Of a stretch of 47,671 nucleotides of DNA, positions 20,477 through 28,445 are shown piece by piece. Position 1 is the first letter of the stretch. Every line of letters starts with the position of its first letter. The notes under the pieces are model-generated. The model did no database searches. It saw only the letters and a list, made by a program, of their open reading frames with translations, and was not told where the DNA came from. The DNA comes from Candidatus Promineifilaceae bacterium (GTDB lineage Bacteria > Chloroflexota > Anaerolineae > Promineifilales > Promineifilaceae), in assembly GCA_050696115.1 (NCBI GenBank), contig JBOGUG010000213.1:1-47671 (forward strand). The letters run 5' to 3'. Position numbers and translations under genes: made by a program.

Positions 20477-22021
20477 ATGGAAGGAATTTTGGACAACCTG
20501 TTGACCCTAATCGTCTTCCTGCCTTTGGCCGGAGCGCTGCTGCTGTTGCTGCTGCCCGACGACATGAAGGGGCTACACCGCTGGCTTGCGCTCGGGGTCA
20601 GCCTGGTCACCCTTGGCCTGGTCCTGGTCGCCTGGCTCAACTATGACAGGGTAGACGCCGGCCTGCAATATGAGGTGATGGCGCCCTGGTTCCCGCAGAT
20701 TGGGGCCAGCTTTCACATGGCGGCCGACGGCATCAGCCTGTCCATGCTGCTGCTGACCGGCATCCTGACGCCGTTGGCGCTGCTGACCTCTTTCAACATC
20801 GAAGAGCGGGTCAAGCTGTACATGTTTCTCTTCCTGGTGATGGAAACGGCGCTGCTTGGCGTGTTCGTGTCTATGGACCTGATCCTGTTTTTCGTTTTCT
20901 GGGAGTTCGGGCTGGTGCCGATGTACTTCTTAATCCGCATGTGGGGCGGCACTGACCGGCGCTATGCCTCGTTCAAGTTCATTATATACACCATGGCCGG
21001 CAGCCTGGGCCTTCTGCTGGCGATTCAGGTCATCGGGCTGTCCACAGGCACCTTTGACATCCCGCAGTTGCTGGACTCCTGGGTAAGCATCGGGGCCGGT
21101 GACGCGCTGCAAGGCAGCGGCCTACCGGCCGGTATTTTCAAGCAAGTCGCCTTTTGGGCTTTCGTGATCGCCTTCGCCATTAAGGTCCCCATCTGGCCCT
21201 TCCACACCTGGCTGCCCGACGCACACACCGAAGCGCCCACGGCCGGCTCGATGATGCTGGCAGGGGTGTTGCTTAAGCTGGGGGCCTACGGCTTCATCCG
21301 GCTGGTCATCCCGCTCTTTCCCGAACAGGCGATGGTGGCGGCCGGTGTGCTGGCTACGTTAGGCATGCTCAGCATTGTGCTTGGCGGCTTCGCTTCCTTC
21401 GGCCAGTGGGATTTTAAGCGCCTGGTGGCCTACTCTTCGGTCAATCACATGGGCTTCGTCATCCTGGGACTGGCGGTCTTCGCCTGGGTTTACGGCCGGG
21501 AGGCGGCCGGGCCGGGGCTGGTGACGGACGCGATTTTCGGCGCCAACGGGGCCGTCCTGCAGATGTTCAACCATGGCCTGTCGTCGGCCGGGATGTTCTT
21601 TCTTGTTGGCGTCATTTACGACCGCACCCATACCCGCCAGCTGCGTGATTACGGCGGCCTGTGGACGGTTTTGCCTTTCTTTGGCGCGGCCCTCATTTTC
21701 ACCAGCTTAGCTTCGCTCGGCCTGCCGGGCTTGAACGGCTTCGTCAGCGAGTTCATGGTCGTACGCGGCGCCTGGAACGTGTTCACCATTCAATTGGCTC
21801 TTGCGATGGTCGGCCTGCTGCTGACCGGGGCTTATATCCTGAAAGCCTTGGGCTTCACCCTGCACGGCGAACTGAACCCGCAGTGGCGCGGTTTGCGCGA
21901 CATGAGCCTGCGCGAGCATCTCGTCATCTGGCCGCTTATGGGGCTAATGTTGAGTGTGGGCGTCTGGCCGCGTTGGGTGTTGGCCATTATTAACGACAGC
22001 GTTACCCGGCTCCTGTCCTGA
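20477..22021 (+). CDS. nuoM: NADH-quinone oxidoreductase subunit M (canonical-looking copy)
   Basis: FWEFGLVPMYFLIRMWGG..RYASFKFIIYTMAGS, AIKVPIWPFHTWLPDAHTEAPTAGSMMLAGVLLKLG, GLNGFVSEF. Confidence 0.9.
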   Translation: MEGILDNLLTLIVFLPLAGALLLLLLPDDMKGLHRWLALGVSLVTLGLVLVAWLNYDRVDAGLQYEVMAPWFPQIGASFHMAADGISLSMLLLTGILTPLALLTSFNIEERVKLYMFLFLVMETALLGVFVSMDLILFFVFWEFGLVPMYFLIRMWGGTDRRYASFKFIIYTMAGSLGLLLAIQVIGLSTGTFDIPQLLDSWVSIGAGDALQGSGLPAGIFKQVAFWAFVIAFAIKVPIWPFHTWLPDAHTEAPTAGSMMLAGVLLKLGAYGFIRLVIPLFPEQAMVAAGVLATLGMLSIVLGGFASFGQWDFKRLVAYSSVNHMGFVILGLAVFAWVYGREAAGPGLVTDAIFGANGAVLQMFNHGLSSAGMFFLVGVIYDRTHTRQLRDYGGLWTVLPFFGAALIFTSLASLGLPGLNGFVSEFMVVRGAWNVFTIQLALAMVGLLLTGAYILKALGFTLHGELNPQWRGLRDMSLREHLVIWPLMGLMLSVGVWPRWVLAIINDSVTRLLS

Positions 22022-22077
22022 GAGACCTTTTCGCCACGCCAGATTTGTAACCACGCCCGGCCACGGAACCCCAGCCA

Positions 22078-23718
22078 ATGGAATTTCCATTTTTATCCAT
22101 CATCGCTCTCTCCCCCATCGCAGCCGCGATTCTGATCTTGCTGCTGCCGAAGGAGCGGGGAGAAAACGCCCGCATGTTGGCGCTGGCGGCCATGATCATC
22201 GGCCTGCTGCTGTCGGCCTTTGTTTACATCTCGGTGTACAACGACCTGCCAACGGCCGGCACGCCCTGGGGCGAGACGCTGCGCTTCGTCGAAGAGCTGG
22301 CCTGGGTGCCGAGCGTGGGCATCAACTACATCCTGGGGGTGGACGGCCTGAGCGCCACCCTGGTGCTGCTGACGGCCATCGTGGGCTTCGGCGGGGTGCT
22401 GATCTCTTGGGGGATAGACGACCGGCCGCGCGAGTTCTTCGCCTTCTTCATGCTGCTGGTGGCCGGCGTGCATGGCGTGTTCGTCTCTGTGGACGCCTTC
22501 TTGCTCTTCTTTTTTTACGAGCTGGCCGTGCTGCCAATGTACGTGCTGATCGTGATTTGGGGCTGGGAGCGGACGCGCGAATACGCCTCAATGAAGCTGA
22601 CGCTGTACTTGCTGATCGGCAGCTTCGTTTCGTTTATCGCGTTCCTGGTGCTCTACTTCCTCTTGCCAGAGCAAGGGCTCGACCTGACCTTTGACCTGCG
22701 AGTGTGGGCCGAGGCCAATTTCCCGTTTGACGTCCAGGTCATCACCTTCTTACCGCTGTTTCTTGGCTTTGGCGTGCTGGCCGGCGTGTGGCCGTTTCAT
22801 AACTGGTCGCCGGTCGGCCACGTGGCGGCGCCGACGGCCGTGTCCATGATTCACGCCGGGGTGCTGATGAAGCTGGGGGCCTACGCCGCCATGCGGGTCG
22901 GCATCCAATTGTTGCCCGAAGGGGCCGTCTACTGGCTGCCAGTGATCATCCTGTTGACGCTGGTCAACATCCTGTATGGCGCTTGGGTCGCCATGCGCCA
23001 GCGAGACATGAAATATCTGATCGGCTATTCTAGCGTCAGCCACATGGGGCTGGTTTCGATGGGCTTCGCGGCCATGAACATAGAGGGCTTCATGGGCGCC
23101 GGCATCCAGATGGTCAGCCACGGCATCATGACAGCGCTCTTCTTTTCGGTTGTCGGCATGATTTACGATCGAGCCCACACGCGGGATATGGACGAGTTGG
23201 GCGGCATGATCCGAGTGCTGCCGCTGGCGATGTTCGCCTTCGTAGTCGGCGGCCTGGTTTCGATGGGCATGCCGGGGCTGTCCGGTTTTGTGGCCGAGTT
23301 CCCCATCTTCCTGGGCGTTTGGCAGGGCGGGACGCTTGACCTGGGCAGCACGGTCGGCCGGCTCAACCCGGCCGACTACTACCCTCTGATCGCCATCCTG
23401 GCGGCGCTGGGCATCGTCATCACGGCCGCCTATATCCTGCGCGCCATCGGCAGCGTCTTCTTCGGCGATTACGACGCGCATCGTTGGCACGACATGCGGC
23501 CGCTGCTGGCGATAGATAAGCTGACGCTGGTCGGCTTCAGCGCGATCATGGTGATCATCGGCCTTTTCCCGTTAGTGATCGCCCCCATTGTGCGGGCCGG
23601 GGTGACGCCGGTGGTTGAGCGCCTACAGGCAGCCCAGGCGTCCCAGGCCGGCACCATCATTGACAGCGTTCAAATGGCGGCCGCCGGACTGGCCCAGTGG
23701 TTCGGAGGTGTCCTGTGA
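22078..23718 (+). CDS. second NuoM-type antiporter-like subunit (divergent paralog, 546 aa)
   Basis: FFFYELAVLPMYVLIVIWGWERTREYASMKLTLYLLIGS, VWPFHNWSPVGHVAAPTAVSMIHAGVLMKLG, GLSGFVAEF. The fold signature matches NuoM, but several conserved channel residues are changed. Confidence 0.85.
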   Translation: MEFPFLSIIALSPIAAAILILLLPKERGENARMLALAAMIIGLLLSAFVYISVYNDLPTAGTPWGETLRFVEELAWVPSVGINYILGVDGLSATLVLLTAIVGFGGVLISWGIDDRPREFFAFFMLLVAGVHGVFVSVDAFLLFFFYELAVLPMYVLIVIWGWERTREYASMKLTLYLLIGSFVSFIAFLVLYFLLPEQGLDLTFDLRVWAEANFPFDVQVITFLPLFLGFGVLAGVWPFHNWSPVGHVAAPTAVSMIHAGVLMKLGAYAAMRVGIQLLPEGAVYWLPVIILLTLVNILYGAWVAMRQRDMKYLIGYSSVSHMGLVSMGFAAMNIEGFMGAGIQMVSHGIMTALFFSVVGMIYDRAHTRDMDELGGMIRVLPLAMFAFVVGGLVSMGMPGLSGFVAEFPIFLGVWQGGTLDLGSTVGRLNPADYYPLIAILAALGIVITAAYILRAIGSVFFGDYDAHRWHDMRPLLAIDKLTLVGFSAIMVIIGLFPLVIAPIVRAGVTPVVERLQAAQASQAGTIIDSVQMAAAGLAQWFGGVL

Positions 23719-25187
23719 GCGCCCAAGAGTGGCTGCTTAGCGTGGCCGCAATCGCGCCCGAGATCGGCTTACTGCTGCTAACGGTGGTCGTTATTTTCAT
23801 TGATCGGGCGGTCCGGCCAACTGAGCGGCGCAACCTGGGCCTGATTGCCGCCTGGGGCTCATTCGCCGTCCTGTTGCTAACGGCCGGGCTGTGGCTATTC
23901 TTCAACATCCCGGCCCAGGACCCACAGTTGTTTTGGGGCGGGATGGTCAACAACGACCTGATGACCTTTGTCTTCCGGCTGATGTTCCTGATTGCCGTTA
24001 TGCTCACCGCGCTGATCTCGGCCGACGTGCCCAGCCTACAGCGCAGCGAATATTACGCCTTGCTGTTCTCGGCGACGATCGGCTTCAGCCTGATGGCAGC
24101 CGGCAGCGACCTGATCATGCTCTACCTGGCACTGGAGACGGCCTCCATCTCGCTCTACGTGCTGGCCAACTTTCAGAAGGGGGTCTACCGCTCCAGCGAA
24201 GCCGGGGTTAAATACTTCATTTACGGCGCGTTTGCCTCGGCCGTCATGCTCTATGGCTTGAGTTGGCTGTACGGCATGACCGGACAAACGAATATCTACC
24301 TGGTGGCGCGGGCCGTCTTGCAGCAACCGGATGCGGCCGTGCTTTTGGCCGGCGCGCTGGCGCTGGTGGGCTTTGGTTTCAAGATCTCGGTCGTGCCTTA
24401 CCATTTCTGGGCACCGGACGTGTATGAGGGCGCGCCCGCGCCGGTGAGCGGCCTGGTTTCTACTGCATCAAAGGCGGCCGGCTTCGCGCTGCTGCTGCGG
24501 GTGATTATGGCCGGCGTCTTCGGCACGGCCGAGGCCGCCAGCGACTGGTGGTCGGTGCTGGTGGCGATGTGCATCGTGACCATGACGCTGGGCAACTTGC
24601 TCGCCATCCAGCAGACCAACGTCAAGCGCCTGCTGGCTTATTCCAGCATAGCCCAGGCCGGCTACGCACTGATGGGACTGGTCACGCTGTCGGTGGATGG
24701 CTCGGCCGCGACGATGTACTACCTCCTCTACTACGTGCTGACCAATATCGCCGCCTTCGGCGTCGTCATGCTCTTCAGCATGGTGACCGGCACCGAGGAG
24801 CTCAAGGACATGTCGGGCCTGAGCCGGCGCTCGCCGTGGCTGGCTCTGGTGATGCTGTTCGCCTTGCTGTCACTGGGCGGCATCCCGCCGACGGCCGGTT
24901 TCTTCGGCAAGTTCTTCATCTTCCGCGCGGCCGTAGAGGCCGGGTTGTGGTGGCTGGCGGCCATCGGCATCCTCAACGCTCTCATCGCCCTCTACTACTA
25001 CTTGAGCGTGGCCAAATACATGTACCTATACCGCTCGCCTGAGGATAGCGTGCCCATCCCGGTGCCGCGGGCGGCCTGGGTGGCGCTGGGGCTGACCACG
25101 TTCGGCATCCTGTATTTGGGCCTAGTGGCCCAGCCGGCGCTGCAATTGGCGCGTAATGCGGCCCTGGCCCTGTTTGTGGGGAGCTAG
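23715..25187 (+). CDS. nuoN: NADH-quinone oxidoreductase subunit N
   Basis: FKISVVPYHFWAPDVYEGAPAPVSGLVSTASK, LLAYSSIAQAGY, GFFGKFFIF. GTG 23715 overlaps the upstream stop (GTGA) and has GGAGG 6 nt upstream. The ORF-track start is 23697. Confidence 0.9.
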   Translation: MSAQEWLLSVAAIAPEIGLLLLTVVVIFIDRAVRPTERRNLGLIAAWGSFAVLLLTAGLWLFFNIPAQDPQLFWGGMVNNDLMTFVFRLMFLIAVMLTALISADVPSLQRSEYYALLFSATIGFSLMAAGSDLIMLYLALETASISLYVLANFQKGVYRSSEAGVKYFIYGAFASAVMLYGLSWLYGMTGQTNIYLVARAVLQQPDAAVLLAGALALVGFGFKISVVPYHFWAPDVYEGAPAPVSGLVSTASKAAGFALLLRVIMAGVFGTAEAASDWWSVLVAMCIVTMTLGNLLAIQQTNVKRLLAYSSIAQAGYALMGLVTLSVDGSAATMYYLLYYVLTNIAAFGVVMLFSMVTGTEELKDMSGLSRRSPWLALVMLFALLSLGGIPPTAGFFGKFFIFRAAVEAGLWWLAAIGILNALIALYYYLSVAKYMYLYRSPEDSVPIPVPRAAWVALGLTTFGILYLGLVAQPALQLARNAALALFVGS

Positions 25188-25212
25188 GGGCAGCGCCTCT
25201 GAGGTTGCCGCT

Positions 25213-25239
25213 TTGACGCCAGTTGATTTGTGATATAAT
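25213..25239 (+). promoter_or_regulatory. candidate promoter of the Fo operon (extended -10)
   Basis: TGaTATAAT at 25231..25239 is a perfect extended -10. TTGACG at 25213..25218 lies at a short 15-nt spacing. The element is 29 nt upstream of GTG 25268. Confidence 0.4.
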
Positions 25240-25267
25240 TCGCAAACAGAATGCAGGCTGACCCGTC

Positions 25268-25540
25268 GTGTCCCGAAATGACCAGATCACCGAGACAGCA
25301 CTCCTGGCCGGCATTATTGGACAAATCGGCTGCCTGACGGTCATTATCATCGCCATTGCCCTGGGCGCAGGGCTGTTGGTTGACAACTTCCTGGGCACTC
25401 GGCCCATTTTCACAATCTTGTTCCTGGTTGGCAGCGTGCCGGTGACGCTGTATGTGAGCGTGCGCGTCAGCCTGATGGCTGTGGCGCGCGCCCGCCGGGC
25501 GGCCGAACGAGCCAAGGCGGAGGAGACGGGCGAGGCATGA
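25268..25540 (+). CDS. AtpZ/AtpI-like small membrane protein of the ATP synthase operon
   Basis: 90 aa with two hydrophobic helices and a basic tail. It sits immediately upstream of atpB and overlaps it (ATGA). The call rests on position and topology. Confidence 0.55.
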   Translation: MSRNDQITETALLAGIIGQIGCLTVIIIAIALGAGLLVDNFLGTRPIFTILFLVGSVPVTLYVSVRVSLMAVARARRAAERAKAEETGEA

Positions 25541-26580
25541 AGAAGCGGCATATCATCTACATCGCGCTGGGGCTGATGATCCTGTTCGGCTGTGGCCTGT
25601 TTGGTCTGCCGACCCAGCCGGTGCTGCCCACGATCCAATTGCCGGGCGAAGTGGTGCTTGAGTGGCCCGGCGGCCGCGAATTCCTGAACGGCTCGTTTGG
25701 GCCGGGCCTGACCAATACTTTCATCGCCACGGTGGTGACCTACATCCTGATCATCGCCGGCGTGCTGGCCCTGCGGGCGCGCTCGCGCTCGGCCGACGAG
25801 GTGCCGACCGGTTTCTACAACCTGGTCGAGATGCTTATTGACGGGGCCTACGGCTATGTGCAAAACGCCGCCGGCCGTTGGGCGCGGCCCTTCTTCCCCT
25901 TCTTCATGACCTTTGTGCTGCTCATCCTCACGGCCAACTGGCTGGAGCTGGTGCCGGGCGTGGACAGCATCGGCCTGAAAGAAGACCTGATCCGCCACCG
26001 GGTGGAGGTGGCCGAGGAAGAGGCTCACTTAGCGGGCGAAGAGCTGAGCGACGCAGAGATCGCGCGCATCGAGGAAGCGGCCGCGAGCGAGGGCGGCCAT
26101 TTCGTAGGGCCGCTCTTGTTGCGAGCCGAGGACGGCGAGGCTGGCGAAGCGGTTGTGCCCTTCCTGCGGGCGGCCGCGACGGACCTGAATTTTACGTTCG
26201 CGCTGGCGGTCGTTTCGGTGCTCTTCACCCAGTATTTCGGCTTCAGGGCCTACGGCGCGCGCTACGTCACCCGCTTCTTGAACTGGAAGGAGAAGAAGAT
26301 CGCCCGCAACCCGCTTGGGCTGATGGATTTCATTGTCGGCATCCTGGAAGGTATTTCGGAGCTCGCCAAGATCATCTCGTTCTCTTTCCGGCTTTTTGGC
26401 AATATTTTCGCCGGCCAGGTGCTGCTGTTCATTATCGGCTTTTTGGCCCCAGTGGCGCTTATCGGCGTCTACGGGCTGGAATTCTTCATTGGCGCCATCC
26501 AGGCGCTCATCTTCGGCCTGCTGACGCTGACGTTTATGGCCCAGGCCGCGACCGGCCATCACGAGGACGACGAGCACTAG
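25537..26580 (+). CDS. atpB: F-type ATP synthase Fo subunit a (347 aa, with an internal acidic insertion)
   Basis: TDLNFTFALAVVS (PxxDxNxT-like) and the essential-Arg motif FSFRLFGNIFAGQVLL are present. Confidence 0.9.
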   Translation: MKKRHIIYIALGLMILFGCGLFGLPTQPVLPTIQLPGEVVLEWPGGREFLNGSFGPGLTNTFIATVVTYILIIAGVLALRARSRSADEVPTGFYNLVEMLIDGAYGYVQNAAGRWARPFFPFFMTFVLLILTANWLELVPGVDSIGLKEDLIRHRVEVAEEEAHLAGEELSDAEIARIEEAAASEGGHFVGPLLLRAEDGEAGEAVVPFLRAAATDLNFTFALAVVSVLFTQYFGFRAYGARYVTRFLNWKEKKIARNPLGLMDFIVGILEGISELAKIISFSFRLFGNIFAGQVLLFIIGFLAPVALIGVYGLEFFIGAIQALIFGLLTLTFMAQAATGHHEDDEH

Positions 26581-26656
26581 CGCCCGGCCGTTCCTGCCCC
26601 CAGACTTTGGGCTGACGAAGGCAACGACACACGATTTCATTGGAGGATTTAGAGAT

Positions 26657-26905
26657 ATGGATGCAGAAGCTGCTGACCTGTTGCGCGAGGGTCTACGCCT
26701 GGTGGGCGCCGGCCTGGCAATGACGGGTCTCATTGGGGCCGGCGCCGGCATTGGCATTGTGGTTGGCGGGGCGGTGCAAGGCATCGCCCGCAATCCCGAC
26801 GCGATTGGCTCGATTCAGACCAACATGATCCTGGGTATTGCTTTCGCCGAGGCGGTGGCTATCTACGCGCTGGTGGTAGCCATGATCATCCTCTTCGTGG
26901 CCTAA
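26657..26905 (+). CDS. atpE: F-type ATP synthase Fo subunit c
   Basis: 82-aa hairpin with the GAGIGIVVGG glycine motif, an ARNPD loop and the carboxylate in AFAEAVAIYALV. GGAGG RBS. Confidence 0.9.
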   Translation: MDAEAADLLREGLRLVGAGLAMTGLIGAGAGIGIVVGGAVQGIARNPDAIGSIQTNMILGIAFAEAVAIYALVVAMIILFVA

Positions 26906-26935
26906 TCGCCCGGGGCGCAATTAGGAGAGTACGAC

Positions 26936-27643
26936 ATGGAAGGATTGGGCATCAACCTGGGCTACTTCCTCCAACAGGCCTTTGCCTTCTTGATCCTGGT
27001 GTTGGCGCTGACCGGCTGGTTGTACCGGCCGATCTTGAACAACCTGGAGGAGCGCAAGAGCCGCATCGCCAAGGGGCTAGAAGACGCCCGGCAGGCGGCC
27101 TTGGCGCGCGAGAATGCCGACGTTGAAGCCAAAAAGGTGCTGGACGAGGCGCGCCAGGAGGCAGCCAAGATCCGGGCCGACGCTTCGCTCCAGGCTGACG
27201 AGACGGCGGCCGGCATTACCTCCCAGGCCAACAACGAGGCCAAGGCAATCCTGGCGCGGGCGCGCGAGGACGCGGAGCAGGAGCGCAACAGGGTTATGGC
27301 CGACCTGCGTGGCCAAATTGCAGCCATCTCGATGGCCGCGGCCAACAAGCTGGTGGGCGAGTCGCTGGACGAAAACCGGCAGCGGCAGATCATCGCCGAC
27401 TTCTTCGCCCAAGCGCCGGCCGATTTTGACGGCCTGCAGGGCGACGAAGCCGAAGTGACCAGCGCCGTGCCCCTGACCGAAGCCGAGCAGGGCCGCCTGC
27501 GCACGCAGTTGAAGGCCGGCGAGGTTCGCTTCAAGGTAGACCCCGGCATCCTGGGCGGGCTAATTGTCCGGGTGGGCGACCAGGTATTGGACGACAGCGT
27601 CGCCAGCCAGATGGGCGAACTGCGCGAGGCAATGGCGCGCTAG
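26936..27643 (+). CDS. atpF: F-type ATP synthase Fo subunit b fused to a delta (OSCP) C-terminal domain
   Basis: An N-terminal TM helix and a long charged coiled coil (residues 1 to about 160) are typical of b. Residues about 171..235 (AEVTSAVPLTEAEQ...FKVDPGILGGLIVRVGDQVLDDSVASQM) match the delta C-terminus. AGGAG RBS. Confidence 0.85.
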   Translation: MEGLGINLGYFLQQAFAFLILVLALTGWLYRPILNNLEERKSRIAKGLEDARQAALARENADVEAKKVLDEARQEAAKIRADASLQADETAAGITSQANNEAKAILARAREDAEQERNRVMADLRGQIAAISMAAANKLVGESLDENRQRQIIADFFAQAPADFDGLQGDEAEVTSAVPLTEAEQGRLRTQLKAGEVRFKVDPGILGGLIVRVGDQVLDDSVASQMGELREAMAR

Positions 27644-27724
27644 ACACGCACGCAAAGGAAGGGCTCTCGTCAGAAAGAGGAGAAAAGGCGGCCGACTTTT
27701 TGCGGCCGGCGACGAGAGTATGGA

Positions 27725-27757
27725 GGGCCAGGGTACGCCGCCCTGGCCCTTCTTCAT
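27725..27757 (+). terminator. candidate terminator hairpin after the Fo operon
   Basis: GGGCCAGGG (27725..27733), a 7-nt loop, CCCTGGCCC (27741..27749), then TTCTTCAT. The T-tract is weak. A second CCCTGGCCC copy at 27760..27768 could pair instead. Confidence 0.35.
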
Positions 27758-27771
27758 GCCCCTGGCCCGTC

Positions 27772-27800
27772 TTGACAGCCCGCTGGCGATTCGATAGCAT
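27772..27800 (+). promoter_or_regulatory. candidate sigma70-type promoter
   Basis: TTGACA (27772..27777), a 17-nt spacer, then TAGCAT (27795..27800). It ends only 8 nt before GTG 27809 and 17 nt before ATG 27818. Confidence 0.35.
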
Positions 27801-27808
27801 CGGCCGGA

Positions 27809-28441
27809 GTGAGCGCCATGATCCCTAGCCAATCCGGCCAGCAGCCCGCAACCCTGACCGACCGCCTGCGGCTGTGCTCGCGCTCGCTGCTGGATCCGTT
27901 GGCAGGGGCGCTGGCGCGGGCGGGTGTCTCGCCCGACGCGCTAAGCGTGCTGGGCATGCTGCTGCACGCCCTGTACGCCTGGCTGATTGCCAGCGGCTTT
28001 TGGCTGGCGGCCGGGCTGCTGATGATCCTGTTTGTGCCGCTCGATTCGTTGGATGGGGCCGTGGCGCGCCACATTGGCCGGCGGCCGGGCGGCTTTGGCG
28101 CTTTCCTGGATTCGACGGCCGACCGGGTGGCGGAAATCCTCTTGTTCGCCGGCTTCATCGTCTATTTCCAGGGCCAGGCAGACGTGGGGCTGACCTTGCT
28201 GGCTTACCTGGCGCTGGCCGGCTCGCTGGCGGTGAGCTACGTGCGGGCGCGCGCCGAGGCGGTGGGCGCCGACTGCCGCGTCGGACTGCTAACCCGGGTC
28301 GAACGTTACGTCCTGATCGTGCTGACGCTGCTGCTGCGCTTGCCCCAAGTTGGACTGCCGCTGCTGGCGCTGGGGGTGTGGATCACCGTCGCCCAGCGCG
28401 TGCGCCACGTCTGGCAGCAGACGCGGGCCCAGGGCGGTTAG
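27809..28441 (+). CDS. CDP-alcohol phosphatidyltransferase family protein
   Basis: DSLDGAVARHIGRRPGGFGAFLDSTADRVAE matches the DxxDGxxAR...GxxxDxxxD signature. The protein is polytopic. The start may be ATG 27818. Confidence 0.8.
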   Translation: MSAMIPSQSGQQPATLTDRLRLCSRSLLDPLAGALARAGVSPDALSVLGMLLHALYAWLIASGFWLAAGLLMILFVPLDSLDGAVARHIGRRPGGFGAFLDSTADRVAEILLFAGFIVYFQGQADVGLTLLAYLALAGSLAVSYVRARAEAVGADCRVGLLTRVERYVLIVLTLLLRLPQVGLPLLALGVWITVAQRVRHVWQQTRAQGG

Positions 28442-28445
28442 GGCC

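Noticed and set aside
25268-27643. N-type (Na+-translocating) ATPase operon
   Set aside because: The gene order is not the N-ATPase order, since no atpD/C lies upstream and no atpQ/R is present. The c subunit has Ala after the carboxylate (AEAVAIY) rather than the Ser/Thr expected for Na+ binding.
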